A stretch of 64,000 nucleotides of DNA from Naegleria gruberi (Eukaryota). The notes beneath the pieces are model-generated. The model did no database searches, had not been told where the DNA came from, and worked only from the letters and a program-made list of their open reading frames with translations. Position 1 is the first letter of the stretch. Each line of letters starts with the position of its first letter. A program made the translations under genes and the position numbers. The DNA lies in assembly GCA_000004985.1 (NCBI GenBank), contig GG738852.1. One strand, 5' to 3'. Below, one piece after another: positions 29,001 to 41,000 of this stretch.

Positions 29001-32000
29001 NNNNNNNNNNNNNNNNNNNNNNNNNNNNNNNNNNNNNNNNNNNNNNNNNNNNNNNNNNNNNNNNNNNNNNNNNNNNNNNNNNNNNNNNNNNNNNNNNNNN
29101 NNNNNNNNNNNNNNNNNNNNNNNNNNNNNNNNNNNNNNNNNNNNNNNNNNNNNNNNNNNNNNNNNNNNNNNNNNNNNNNNNNNNNNNNNNNNNNNNNNNN
29201 NNNNNNNNNNNNNNNNNNNNNNNNNNNNNNNNNNNNNNNNNNNNNNNNNNNNNNNNNNNNNNNNNNNNNNNNNNNNNNNNNNNNNNNNNNNNNNNNNNNN
29301 NNNNNNNNNNNNNNNNNNNNNNNNNNNNNNNNNNNNNNNNNNNNNNNNNNNNNNNNNNNNNNNNNNNNNNNNNNNNNNNNNNNNNNNNNNNNNNNNNNNN
29401 NNNNNNNNNNNNNNNNNNNNNNNNNNNNNNNNNNNNNNNNNNNNNNNNNNNNNNNNNNNNNNNNNNNNNNNNNNNNNNNNNNNNNNNNNNNNNNNNNNNN
29501 NNNNNNNNNNNNNNNNNNNNNNNNNNNNNNNNNNNNNNNNNNNNNNNNNNNNNNNNNNNNNNNNNNNNNNNNNNNNNNNNNNNNNNNNNNNNNNNNNNNN
29601 NNNNNNNNNNNNNNNNNNNNNNNNNNNNNNNNNNNNNNNNNNNNNNNNNNNNNNNNNNNNNNNNNNNNNNNNNNNNNNNNNNNNNNNNNNNNNNNNNNNN
29701 NNNNNNNNNNNNNNNNNNNNNNNNNNNNNNNNNNNNNNNNNNNNNNNNNNNNNNNNNNNNNNNNNNNNNNNNNNNNNNNNNNNNNNNNNNNNNNNNNNNN
29801 NNNNNNNNNNNNNNNNNNNNNNNNNNNNNNNNNNNNNNNNNNNNNNNNNNNNNNNNNNNNNNNNNNNNNNNNNNNNNNNNNNNNNNNNNNNNNNNNNNNN
29901 NNNNNNNNNNNNNNNNNNNNNNNNNNNNNNNNNNNNNNNNNNNNNNNNNNNNNNNNNNNNNNNNNNNNNNNNNNNNNNNNNNNNNNNNNNNNNNNNNNNN
30001 NNNNNNNNNNNNNNNNNNNNNNNNNNNNNNNNNNNNNNNNNNNNNNNNNNNNNNNNNNNNNNNNNNNNNNNNNNNNNNNNNNNNNNNNNNNNNNNNNNNN
30101 NNNNNNNNNNNNNNNNNNNNNNNNNNNNNNNNNNNNNNNNNNNNNNNNNNNNNNNNNNNNNNNNNNNNNNNNNNNNNNNNNNNNNNNNNNNNNNNNNNNN
30201 NNNNNNNNNNNNNNNNNNNNNNNNNNNNNNNNNNNNNNNNNNNNNNNNNNNNNNNNNNNNNNNNNNNNNNNNNNNNNNNNNNNNNNNNNNNNNNNNNNNN
30301 NNNNNNNNNNNNNNNNNNNNNNNNNNNNNNNNNNNNNNNNNNNNNNNNNNNNNNNNNNNNNNNNNNNNNNNNNNNNNNNNNNNNNNNNNNNNNNNNNNNN
30401 NNNNNNNNNNNNNNNNNNNNNNNNNNNNNNNNNNNNNNNNNNNNNNNNNNNNNNNNNNNNNNNNNNNNNNNNNNNNNNNNNNNNNNNNNNNNNNNNNNNN
30501 NNNNNNNNNNNNNNNNNNNNNNNNNNNNNNNNNNNNNNNNNNNNNNNNNNNNNNNNNNNNNNNNNNNNNNNNNNNNNNNNNNNNNNNNNNNNNNNNNNNN
30601 NNNNNNNNNNNNNNNNNNNNNNNNNNNNNNNNNNNNNNNNNNNNNNNNNNNNNNNNNNNNNNNNNNNNNNNNNNNNNNNNNNNNNNNNNNNNNNNNNNNN
30701 NNNNNNNNNNNNNNNNNNNNNNNNNNNNNNNNNNNNNNNNNNNNNNNNNNNNNNNNNNNNNNNNNNNNNNNNNNNNNNNNNNNNNNNNNNNNNNNNNNNN
30801 NNNNNNNNNNNNNNNNNNNNNNNNNNNNNNNNNNNNNNNNNNNNNNNNNNNNNNNNNNNNNNNNNNNNNNNNNNNNNNNNNNNNNNNNNNNNNNNNNNNN
30901 NNNNNNNNNNNNNNNNNNNNNNNNNNNNNNNNNNNNNNNNNNNNNNNNNNNNNNNNNNNNNNNNNNNNNNNNNNNNNNNNNNNNNNNNNNNNNNNNNNNN
31001 NNNNNNNNNNNNNNNNNNNNNNNNNNNNNNNNNNNNNNNNNNNNNNNNNNNNNNNNNNNNNNNNNNNNNNNNNNNNNNNNNNNNNNNNNNNNNNNNNNNN
31101 NNNNNNNNNNNNNNNNNNNNNNNNNNNNNNNNNNNNNNNNNNNNNNNNNNNNNNNNNNNNNNNNNNNNNNNNNNNNNNNNNNNNNNNNNNNNNNNNNNNN
31201 NNNNNNNNNNNNNNNNNNNNNNNNNNNNNNNNNNNNNNNNNNNNNNNNNNNNNNNNNNNNNNNNNNNNNNNNNNNNNNNNNNNNNNNNNNNNNNNNNNNN
31301 NNNNNNNNNNNNNNNNNNNNNNNNNNNNNNNNNNNNNNNNNNNNNNNNNNNNNNNNNNNNNNNNNNNNNNNNNNNNNNNNNNNNNNNNNNNNNNNNNNNN
31401 NNNNNNNNNNNNNNNNNNNNNNNNNNNNNNNNNNNNNNNNNNNNNNNNNNNNNNNNNNNNNNNNNNNNNNNNNNNNNNNNNNNNNNNNNNNNNNNNNNNN
31501 NNNNNNNNNNNNNNNNNNNNNNNNNNNNNNNNNNNNNNNNNNNNNNNNNNNNNNNNNNNNNNNNNNNNNNNNNNNNNNNNNNNNNNNNNNNNNNNNNNNN
31601 NNNNNNNNNNNNNNNNNNNNNNNNNNNNNNNNNNNNNNNNNNNNNNNNNNNNNNNNNNNNNNNNNNNNNNNNNNNNNNNNNNNNNNNNNNNNNNNNNNNN
31701 NNNNNNNNNNNNNNNNNNNNNNNNNNNNNNNNNNNNNNNNNNNNNNNNNNNNNNNNNNNNNNNNNNNNNNNNNNNNNNNNNNNNNNNNNNNNNNNNNNNN
31801 NNNNNNNNNNNNNNNNNNNNNNNNNNNNNNNNNNNNNNNNNNNNNNNNNNNNNNNNNNNNNNNNNNNNNNNNNNNNNNNNNNNNNNNNNNNNNNNNNNNN
31901 NNNNNNNNNNNNNNNNNNNNNNNNNNNNNNNNNNNNNNNNNNNNNNNNNNNNNNNNNNNNNNNNNNNNNNNNNNNNNNNNNNNNNNNNNNNNNNNNNNNN

Positions 32001-35000
32001 NNNNNNNNNNNNNNNNNNNNNNNNNNNNNNNNNNNNNNNNNNNNNNNNNNNNNNNNNNNNNNNNNNNNNNNNNNNNNNNNNNNNNNNNNNNNNNNNNNNN
32101 NNNNNNNNNNNNNNNNNNNNNNNNNNNNNNNNNNNNNNNNNNNNNNNNNNNNNNNNNNNNNNNNNNNNNNNNNNNNNNNNNNNNNNNNNNNNNNNNNNNN
32201 NNNNNNNNNNNNNNNNNNNNNNNNNNNNNNNNNNNNNNNNNNNNNNNNNNNNNNNNNNNNNNNNNNNNNNNNNNNNNNNNNNNNNNNNNNNNNNNNNNNN
32301 NNNNNNNNNNNNNNNNNNNNNNNNNNNNNNNNNNNNNNNNNNNNNNNNNNNNNNNNNNNNNNNNNNNNNNNNNNNNNNNNNNNNNNNNNNNNNNNNNNNN
32401 NNNNNNNNNNNNNNNNNNNNNNNNNNNNNNNNNNNNNNNNNNNNNNNNNNNNNNNNNNNNNNNNNNNNNNNNNNNNNNNNNNNNNNNNNNNNNNNNNNNN
32501 NNNNNNNNNNNNNNNNNNNNNNNNNNNNNNNNNNNNNNNNNNNNNNNNNNNNNNNNNNNNNNNNNNNNNNNNNNNNNNNNNNNNNNNNNNNNNNNNNNNN
32601 NNNNNNNNNNNNNNNNNNNNNNNNNNNNNNNNNNNNNNNNNNNNNNNNNNNNNNNNNNNNNNNNNNNNNNNNNNNNNNNNNNNNNNNNNNNNNNNNNNNN
32701 NNNNNNNNNNNNNNNNNNNNNNNNNNNNNNNNNNNNNNNNNNNNNNNNNNNNNNNNNNNNNNNNNNNNNNNNNNNNNNNNNNNNNNNNNNNNNNNNNNNN
32801 NNNNNNNNNNNNNNNNNNNNNNNNNNNNNNNNNNNNNNNNNNNNNNNNNNNNNNNNNNNNNNNNNNNNNNNNNNNNNNNNNNNNNNNNNNNNNNNNNNNN
32901 NNNNNNNNNNNNNNNNNNNNNNNNNNNNNNNNNNNNNNNNNNNNNNNNNNNNNNNNNNNNNNNNNNNNNNNNNNNNNNNNNNNNNNNNNNNNNNNNNNNN
33001 NNNNNNNNNNNNNNNNNNNNNNNNNNNNNNNNNNNNNNNNNNNNNNNNNNNNNNNNNNNNNNNNNNNNNNNNNNNNNNNNNNNNNNNNNNNNNNNNNNNN
33101 NNNNNNNNNNNNNNNNNNNNNNNNNNNNNNNNNNNNNNNNNNNNNNNNNNNNNNNNNNNNNNNNNNNNNNNNNNNNNNNNNNNNNNNNNNNNNNNNNNNN
33201 NNNNNNNNNNNNNNNNNNNNNNNNNNNNNNNNNNNNNNNNNNNNNNNNNNNNNNNNNNNNNNNNNNNNNNNNNNNNNNNNNNNNNNNNNNNNNNNNNNNN
33301 NNNNNNNNNNNNNNNNNNNNNNNNNNNNNNNNNNNNNNNNNNNNNNNNNNNNNNNNNNNNNNNNNNNNNNNNNNNNNNNNNNNNNNNNNNNNNNNNNNNN
33401 NNNNNNNNNNNNNNNNNNNNNNNNNNNNNNNNNNNNNNNNNNNNNNNNNNNNNNNNNNNNNNNNNNNNNNNNNNNNNNNNNNNNNNNNNNNNNNNNNNNN
33501 NNNNNNNNNNNNNNNNNNNNNNNNNNNNNNNNNNNNNNNNNNNNNNNNNNNNNNNNNNNNNNNNNNNNNNNNNNNNNNNNNNNNNNNNNNNNNNNNNNNN
33601 NNNNNNNNNNNNNNNNNNNNNNNNNNNNNNNNNNNNNNNNNNNNNNNNNNNNNNNNNNNNNNNNNNNNNNNNNNNNNNNNNNNNNNNNNNNNNNNNNNNN
33701 NNNNNNNNNNNNNNNNNNNNNNNNNNNNNNNNNNNNNNNNNNNNNNNNNNNNNNNNNNNNNNNNNNNNNNNNNNNNNNNNNNNNNNNNNNNNNNNNNNNN
33801 NNNNNNNNNNNNNNNNNNNNNNNNNNNNNNNNNNNNNNNNNNNNNNNNNNNNNNNNNNNNNNNNNNNNNNNNNNNNNNNNNNNNNNNNNNNNNNNNNNNN
33901 NNNNNNNNNNNNNNNNNNNNNNNNNNNNNNNNNNNNNNNNNNNNNNNNNNNNNNNNNNNNNNNNNNNNNNNNNNNNNNNNNNNNNNNNNNNNNNNNNNNN
34001 NNNNNNNNNNNNNNNNNNNNNNNNNNNNNNNNNNNNNNNNNNNNNNNNNNNNNNNNNNNNNNNNNNNNNNNNNNNNNNNNNNNNNNNNNNNNNNNNNNNN
34101 NNNNNNNNNNNNNNNNNNNNNNNNNNNNNNNNNNNNNNNNNNNNNNNNNNNNNNNNNNNNNNNNNNNNNNNNNNNNNNNNNNNNNNNNNNNNNNNNNNNN
34201 NNNNNNNNNNNNNNNNNNNNNNNNNNNNNNNNNNNNNNNNNNNNNNNNNNNNNNNNNNNNNNNNNNNNNNNNNNNNNNNNNNNNNNNNNNNNNNNNNNNN
34301 NNNNNNNNNNNNNNNNNNNNNNNNNNNNNNNNNNNNNNNNNNNNNNNNNNNNNNNNNNNNNNNNNNNNNNNNNNNNNNNNNNNNNNNNNNNNNNNNNNNN
34401 NNNNNNNNNNNNNNNNNNNNNNNNNNNNNNNNNNNNNNNNNNNNNNNNNNNNNNNNNNNNNNNNNNNNNNNNNNNNNNNNNNNNNNNNNNNNNNNNNNNN
34501 NNNNNNNNNNNNNNNNNNNNNNNNNNNNNNNNNNNNNNNNNNNNNNNNNNNNNNNNNNNNNNNNNNNNNNNNNNNNNNNNNNNNNNNNNNNNNNNNNNNN
34601 NNNNNNNNNNNNNNNNNNNNNNNNNNNNNNNNNNNNNNNNNNNNNNNNNNNNNNNNNNNNNNNNNNNNNNNNNNNNNNNNNNNNNNNNNNNNNNNNNNNN
34701 NNNNNNNNNNNNNNNNNNNNNNNNNNNNNNNNNNNNNNNNNNNNNNNNNNNNNNNNNNNNNNNNNNNNNNNNNNNNNNNNNNNNNNNNNNNNNNNNNNNN
34801 NNNNNNNNNNNNNNNNNNNNNNNNNNNNNNNNNNNNNNNNNNNNNNNNNNNNNNNNNNNNNNNNNNNNNNNNNNNNNNNNNNNNNNNNNNNNNNNNNNNN
34901 NNNNNNNNNNNNNNNNNNNNNNNNNNNNNNNNNNNNNNNNNNNNNNNNNNNNNNNNNNNNNNNNNNNNNNNNNNNNNNNNNNNNNNNNNNNNNNNNNNNN

Positions 35001-38000
35001 NNNNNNNNNNNNNNNNNNNNNNNNNNNNNNNNNNNNNNNNNNNNNNNNNNNNNNNNNNNNNNNNNNNNNNNNNNNNNNNNNNNNNNNNNNNNNNNNNNNN
35101 NNNNNNNNNNNNNNNNNNNNNNNNNNNNNNNNNNNNNNNNNNNNNNNNNNNNNNNNNNNNNNNNNNNNNNNNNNNNNNNNNNNNNNNNNNNNNNNNNNNN
35201 NNNNNNNNNNNNNNNNNNNNNNNNNNNNNNNNNNNNNNNNNNNNNNNNNNNNNNNNNNNNNNNNNNNNNNNNNNNNNNNNNNNNNNNNNNNNNNNNNNNN
35301 NNNNNNNNNNNNNNNNNNNNNNNNNNNNNNNNNNNNNNNNNNNNNNNNNNNNNNNNNNNNNNNNNNNNNNNNNNNNNNNNNNNNNNNNNNNNNNNNNNNN
35401 NNNNNNNNNNNNNNNNNNNNNNNNNNNNNNNNNNNNNNNNNNNNNNNNNNNNNNNNNNNNNNNNNNNNNNNNNNNNNNNNNNNNNNNNNNNNNNNNNNNN
35501 NNNNNNNNNNNNNNNNNNNNNNNNNNNNNNNNNNNNNNNNNNNNNNNNNNNNNNNNNNNNNNNNNNNNNNNNNNNNNNNNNNNNNNNNNNNNNNNNNNNN
35601 NNNNNNNNNNNNNNNNNNNNNNNNNNNNNNNNNNNNNNNNNNNNNNNNNNNNNNNNNNNNNNNNNNNNNNNNNNNNNNNNNNNNNNNNNNNNNNNNNNNN
35701 NNNNNNNNNNNNNNNNNNNNNNNNNNNNNNNNNNNNNNNNNNNNNNNNNNNNNNNNNNNNNNNNNNNNNNNNNNNNNNNNNNNNNNNNNNNNNNNNNNNN
35801 NNNNNNNNNNNNNNNNNNNNNNNNNNNNNNNNNNNNNNNNNNNNNNNNNNNNNNNNNNNNNNNNNNNNNNNNNNNNNNNNNNNNNNNNNNNNNNNNNNNN
35901 NNNNNNNNNNNNNNNNNNNNNNNNNNNNNNNNNNNNNNNNNNNNNNNNNNNNNNNNNNNNNNNNNNNNNNNNNNNNNNNNNNNNNNNNNNNNNNNNNNNN
36001 NNNNNNNNNNNNNNNNNNNNNNNNNNNNNNNNNNNNNNNNNNNNNNNNNNNNNNNNNNNNNNNNNNNNNNNNNNNNNNNNNNNNNNNNNNNNNNNNNNNN
36101 NNNNNNNNNNNNNNNNNNNNNNNNNNNNNNNNNNNNNNNNNNNNNNNNNNNNNNNNNNNNNNNNNNNNNNNNNNNNNNNNNNNNNNNNNNNNNNNNNNNN
36201 NNNNNNNNNNNNNNNNNNNNNNNNNNNNNNNNNNNNNNNNNNNNNNNNNNNNNNNNNNNNNNNNNNNNNNNNNNNNNNNNNNNNNNNNNNNNNNNNNNNN
36301 NNNNNNNNNNNNNNNNNNNNNNNNNNNNNNNNNNNNNNNNNNNNNNNNNNNNNNNNNNNNNNNNNNNNNNNNNNNNNNNNNNNNNNNNNNNNNNNNNNNN
36401 NNNNNNNNNNNNNNNNNNNNNNNNNNNNNNNNNNNNNNNNNNNNNNNNNNNNNNNNNNNNNNNNNNNNNNNNNNNNNNNNNNNNNNNNNNNNNNNNNNNN
36501 NNNNNNNNNNNNNNNNNNNNNNNNNNNNNNNNNNNNNNNNNNNNNNNNNNNNNNNNNNNNNNNNNNNNNNNNNNNNNNNNNNNNNNNNNNNNNNNNNNNN
36601 NNNNNNNNNNNNNNNNNNNNNNNNNNNNNNNNNNNNNNNNNNNNNNNNNNNNNNNNNNNNNNNNNNNNNNNNNNNNNNNNNNNNNNNNNNNNNNNNNNNN
36701 NNNNNNNNNNNNNNNNNNNNNNNNNNNNNNNNNNNNNNNNNNNNNNNNNNNNNNNNNNNNNNNNNNNNNNNNNNNNNNNNNNNNNNNNNNNNNNNNNNNN
36801 NNNNNNNNNNNNNNNNNNNNNNNNNNNNNNNNNNNNNNNNNNNNNNNNNNNNNNNNNNNNNNNNNNNNNNNNNNNNNNNNNNNNNNNNNNNNNNNNNNNN
36901 NNNNNNNNNNNNNNNNNNNNNNNNNNNNNNNNNNNNNNNNNNNNNNNNNNNNNNNNNNNNNNNNNNNNNNNNNNNNNNNNNNNNNNNNNNNNNNNNNNNN
37001 NNNNNNNNNNNNNNNNNNNNNNNNNNNNNNNNNNNNNNNNNNNNNNNNNNNNNNNNNNNNNNNNNNNNNNNNNNNNNNNNNNNNNNNNNNNNNNNNNNNN
37101 NNNNNNNNNNNNNNNNNNNNNNNNNNNNNNNNNNNNNNNNNNNNNNNNNNNNNNNNNNNNNNNNNNNNNNNNNNNNNNNNNNNNNNNNNNNNNNNNNNNN
37201 NNNNNNNNNNNNNNNNNNNNNNNNNNNNNNNNNNNNNNNNNNNNNNNNNNNNNNNNNNNNNNNNNNNNNNNNNNNNNNNNNNNNNNNNNNNNNNNNNNNN
37301 NNNNNNNNNNNNNNNNNNNNNNNNNNNNNNNNNNNNNNNNNNNNNNNNNNNNNNNNNNNNNNNNNNNNNNNNNNNNNNNNNNNNNNNNNNNNNNNNNNNN
37401 NNNNNNNNNNNNNNNNNNNNNNNNNNNNNNNNNNNNNNNNNNNNNNNNNNNNNNNNNNNNNNNNNNNNNNNNNNNNNNNNNNNNNNNNNNNNNNNNNNNN
37501 NNNNNNNNNNNNNNNNNNNNNNNNNNNNNNNNNNNNNNNNNNNNNNNNNNNNNNNNNNNNNNNNNNNNNNNNNNNNNNNNNNNNNNNNNNNNNNNNNNNN
37601 NNNNNNNNNNNNNNNNNNNNNNNNNNNNNNNNNNNNNNNNNNNNNNNNNNNNNNNNNNNNNNNNNNNNNNNNNNNNNNNNNNNNNNNNNNNNNNNNNNNN
37701 NNNNNNNNNNNNNNNNNNNNNNNNNNNNNNNNNNNNNNNNNNNNNNNNNNNNNNNNNNNNNNNNNNNNNNNNNNNNNNNNNNNNNNNNNNNNNNNNNNNN
37801 NNNNNNNNNNNNNNNNNNNNNNNNNNNNNNNNNNNNNNNNNNNNNNNNNNNNNNNNNNNNNNNNNNNNNNNNNNNNNNNNNNNNNNNNNNNNNNNNNNNN
37901 NNNNNNNNNNNNNNNNNNNNNNNNNNNNNNNNNNNNNNNNNNNNNNNNNNNNNNNNNNNNNNNNNNNNNNNNNNNNNNNNNNNNNNNNNNNNNNNNNNNN

Positions 38001-41000
38001 NNNNNNNNNNNNNNNNNNNNNNNNNNNNNNNNNNNNNNNNNNNNNNNNNNNNNNNNNNNNNNNNNNNNNNNNNNNNNNNNNNNNNNNNNNNNNNNNNNNN
38101 NNNNNNNNNNNNNNNNNNNNNNNNNNNNNNNNNNNNNNNNNNNNNNNNNNNNNNNNNNNNNNNNNNNNNNNNNNNNNNNNNNNNNNNNNNNNNNNNNNNN
38201 NNNNNNNNNNNNNNNNNNNNNNNNNNNNNNNNNNNNNNNNNNNNNNNNNNNNNNNNNNNNNNNNNNNNNNNNNNNNNNNNNNNNNNNNNNNNNNNNNNNN
38301 NNNNNNNNNNNNNNNNNNNNNNNNNNNNNNNNNNNNNNNNNNNNNNNNNNNNNNNNNNNNNNNNNNNNNNNNNNNNNNNNNNNNNNNNNNNNNNNNNNNN
38401 NNNNNNNNNNNNNNNNNNNNNNNNNNNNNNNNNNNNNNNNNNNNNNNNNNNNNNNNNNNNNNNNNNNNNNNNNNNNNNNNNNNNNNNNNNNNNNNNNNNN
38501 NNNNNNNNNNNNNNNNNNNNNNNNNNNNNNNNNNNNNNNNNNNNNNNNNNNNNNNNNNNNNNNNNNNNNNNNNNNNNNNNNNNNNNNNNNNNNNNNNNNN
38601 NNNNNNNNNNNNNNNNNNNNNNNNNNNNNNNNNNNNNNNNNNNNNNNNNNNNNNNNNNNNNNNNNNNNNNNNNNNNNNNNNNNNNNNNNNNNNNNNNNNN
38701 NNNNNNNNNNNNNNNNNNNNNNNNNNNNNNNNNNNNNNNNNNNNNNNNNNNNNNNNNNNNNNNNNNNNNNNNNNNNNNNNNNNNNNNNNNNNNNNNNNNN
38801 NNNNNNNNNNNNNNNNNNNNNNNNNNNNNNNNNNNNNNNNNNNNNNNNNNNNNNNNNNNNNNNNNNNNNNNNNNNNNNNNNNNNNNNNNNNNNNNNNNNN
38901 NNNNNNNNNNNNNNNNNNNNNNNNNNNNNNNNNNNNNNNNNNNNNNNNNNNNNNNNNNNNNNNNNNNNNNNNNNNNNNNNNNNNNNNNNNNNNNNNNNNN
39001 NNNNNNNNNNNNNNNNNNNNNNNNNNNNNNNNNNNNNNNNNNNNNNNNNNNNNNNNNNNNNNNNNNNNNNNNNNNNNNNNNNNNNNNNNNNNNNNNNNNN
39101 NNNNNNNNNNNNNNNNNNNNNNNNNNNNNNNNNNNNNNNNNNNNNNNNNNNNNNNNNNNNNNNNNNNNNNNNNNNNNNNNNNNNNNNNNNNNNNNNNNNN
39201 NNNNNNNNNNNNNNNNNNNNNNNNNNNNNNNNNNNNNNNNNNNNNNNNNNNNNNNNNNNNNNNNNNNNNNNNNNNNNNNNNNNNNNNNNNNNNNNNNNNN
39301 NNNNNNNNNNNNNNNNNNNNNNNNNNNNNNNNNNNNNNNNNNNNNNNNNNNNNNNNNNNNNNNNNNNNNNNNNNNNNNNNNNNNNNNNNNNNNNNNNNNN
39401 NNNNNNNNNNNNNNNNNNNNNNNNNNNNNNNNNNNNNNNNNNNNNNNNNNNNNNNNNNNNNNNNNNNNNNNNNNNNNNNNNNNNNNNNNNNNNNNNNNNN
39501 NNNNNNNNNNNNNNNNNNNNNNNNNNNNNNNNNNNNNNNNNNNNNNNNNNNNNNNNNNNNNNNNNNNNNNNNNNNNNNNNNNNNNNNNNNNNNNNNNNNN
39601 NNNNNNNNNNNNNNNNNNNNNNNNNNNNNNNNNNNNNNNNNNNNNNNNNNNNNNNNNNNNNNNNNNNNNNNNNNNNNNNNNNNNNNNNNNNNNNNNNNNN
39701 NNNNNNNNNNNNNNNNNNNNNNNNNNNNNNNNNNNNNNNNNNNNNNNNNNNNNNNNNNNNNNNNNNNNNNNNNNNNNNNNNNNNNNNNNNNNNNNNNNNN
39801 NNNNNNNNNNNNNNNNNNNNNNNNNNNNNNNNNNNNNNNNNNNNNNNNNNNNNNNNNNNNNNNNNNNNNNNNNNNNNNNNNNNNNNNNNNNNNNNNNNNN
39901 NNNNNNNNNNNNNNNNNNNNNNNNNNNNNNNNNNNNNNNNNNNNNNNNNNNNNNNNNNNNNNNNNNNNNNNNNNNNNNNNNNNNNNNNNNNNNNNNNNNN
40001 NNNNNNNNNNNNNNNNNNNNNNNNNNNNNNNNNNNNNNNNNNNNNNNNNNNNNNNNNNNNNNNNNNNNNNNNNNNNNNNNNNNNNNNNNNNNNNNNNNNN
40101 NNNNNNNNNNNNNNNNNNNNNNNNNNNNNNNNNNNNNNNNNNNNNNNNNNNNNNNNNNNNNNNNNNNNNNNNNNNNNNNNNNNNNNNNNNNNNNNNNNNN
40201 NNNNNNNNNNNNNNNNNNNNNNNNNNNNNNNNNNNNNNNNNNNNNNNNNNNNNNNNNNNNNNNNNNNNNNNNNNNNNNNNNNNNNNNNNNNNNNNNNNNN
40301 NNNNNNNNNNNNNNNNNNNNNNNNNNNNNNNNNNNNNNNNNNNNNNNNNNNNNNNNNNNNNNNNNNNNNNNNNNNNNNNNNNNNNNNNNNNNNNNNNNNN
40401 NNNNNNNNNNNNNNNNNNNNNNNNNNNNNNNNNNNNNNNNNNNNNNNNNNNNNNNNNNNNNNNNNNNNNNNNNNNNNNNNNNNNNNNNNNNNNNNNNNNN
40501 NNNNNNNNNNNNNNNNNNNNNNNNNNNNNNNNNNNNNNNNNNNNNNNNNNNNNNNNNNNNNNNNNNNNNNNNNNNNNNNNNNNNNNNNNNNNNNNNNNNN
40601 NNNNNNNNNNNNNNNNNNNNNNNNNNNNNNNNNNNNNNNNNNNNNNNNNNNNNNNNNNNNNNNNNNNNNNNNNNNNNNNNNNNNNNNNNNNNNNNNNNNN
40701 NNNNNNNNNNNNNNNNNNNNNNNNNNNNNNNNNNNNNNNNNNNNNNNNNNNNNNNNNNNNNNNNNNNNNNNNNNNNNNNNNNNNNNNNNNNNNNNNNNNN
40801 NNNNNNNNNNNNNNNNNNNNNNNNNNNNNNNNNNNNNNNNNNNNNNNNNNNNNNNNNNNNNNNNNNNNNNNNNNNNNNNNNNNNNNNNNNNNNNNNNNNN
40901 NNNNNNNNNNNNNNNNNNNNNNNNNNNNNNNNNNNNNNNNNNNNNNNNNNNNNNNNNNNNNNNNNNNNNNNNNNNNNNNNNNNNNNNNNNNNNNNNNNNN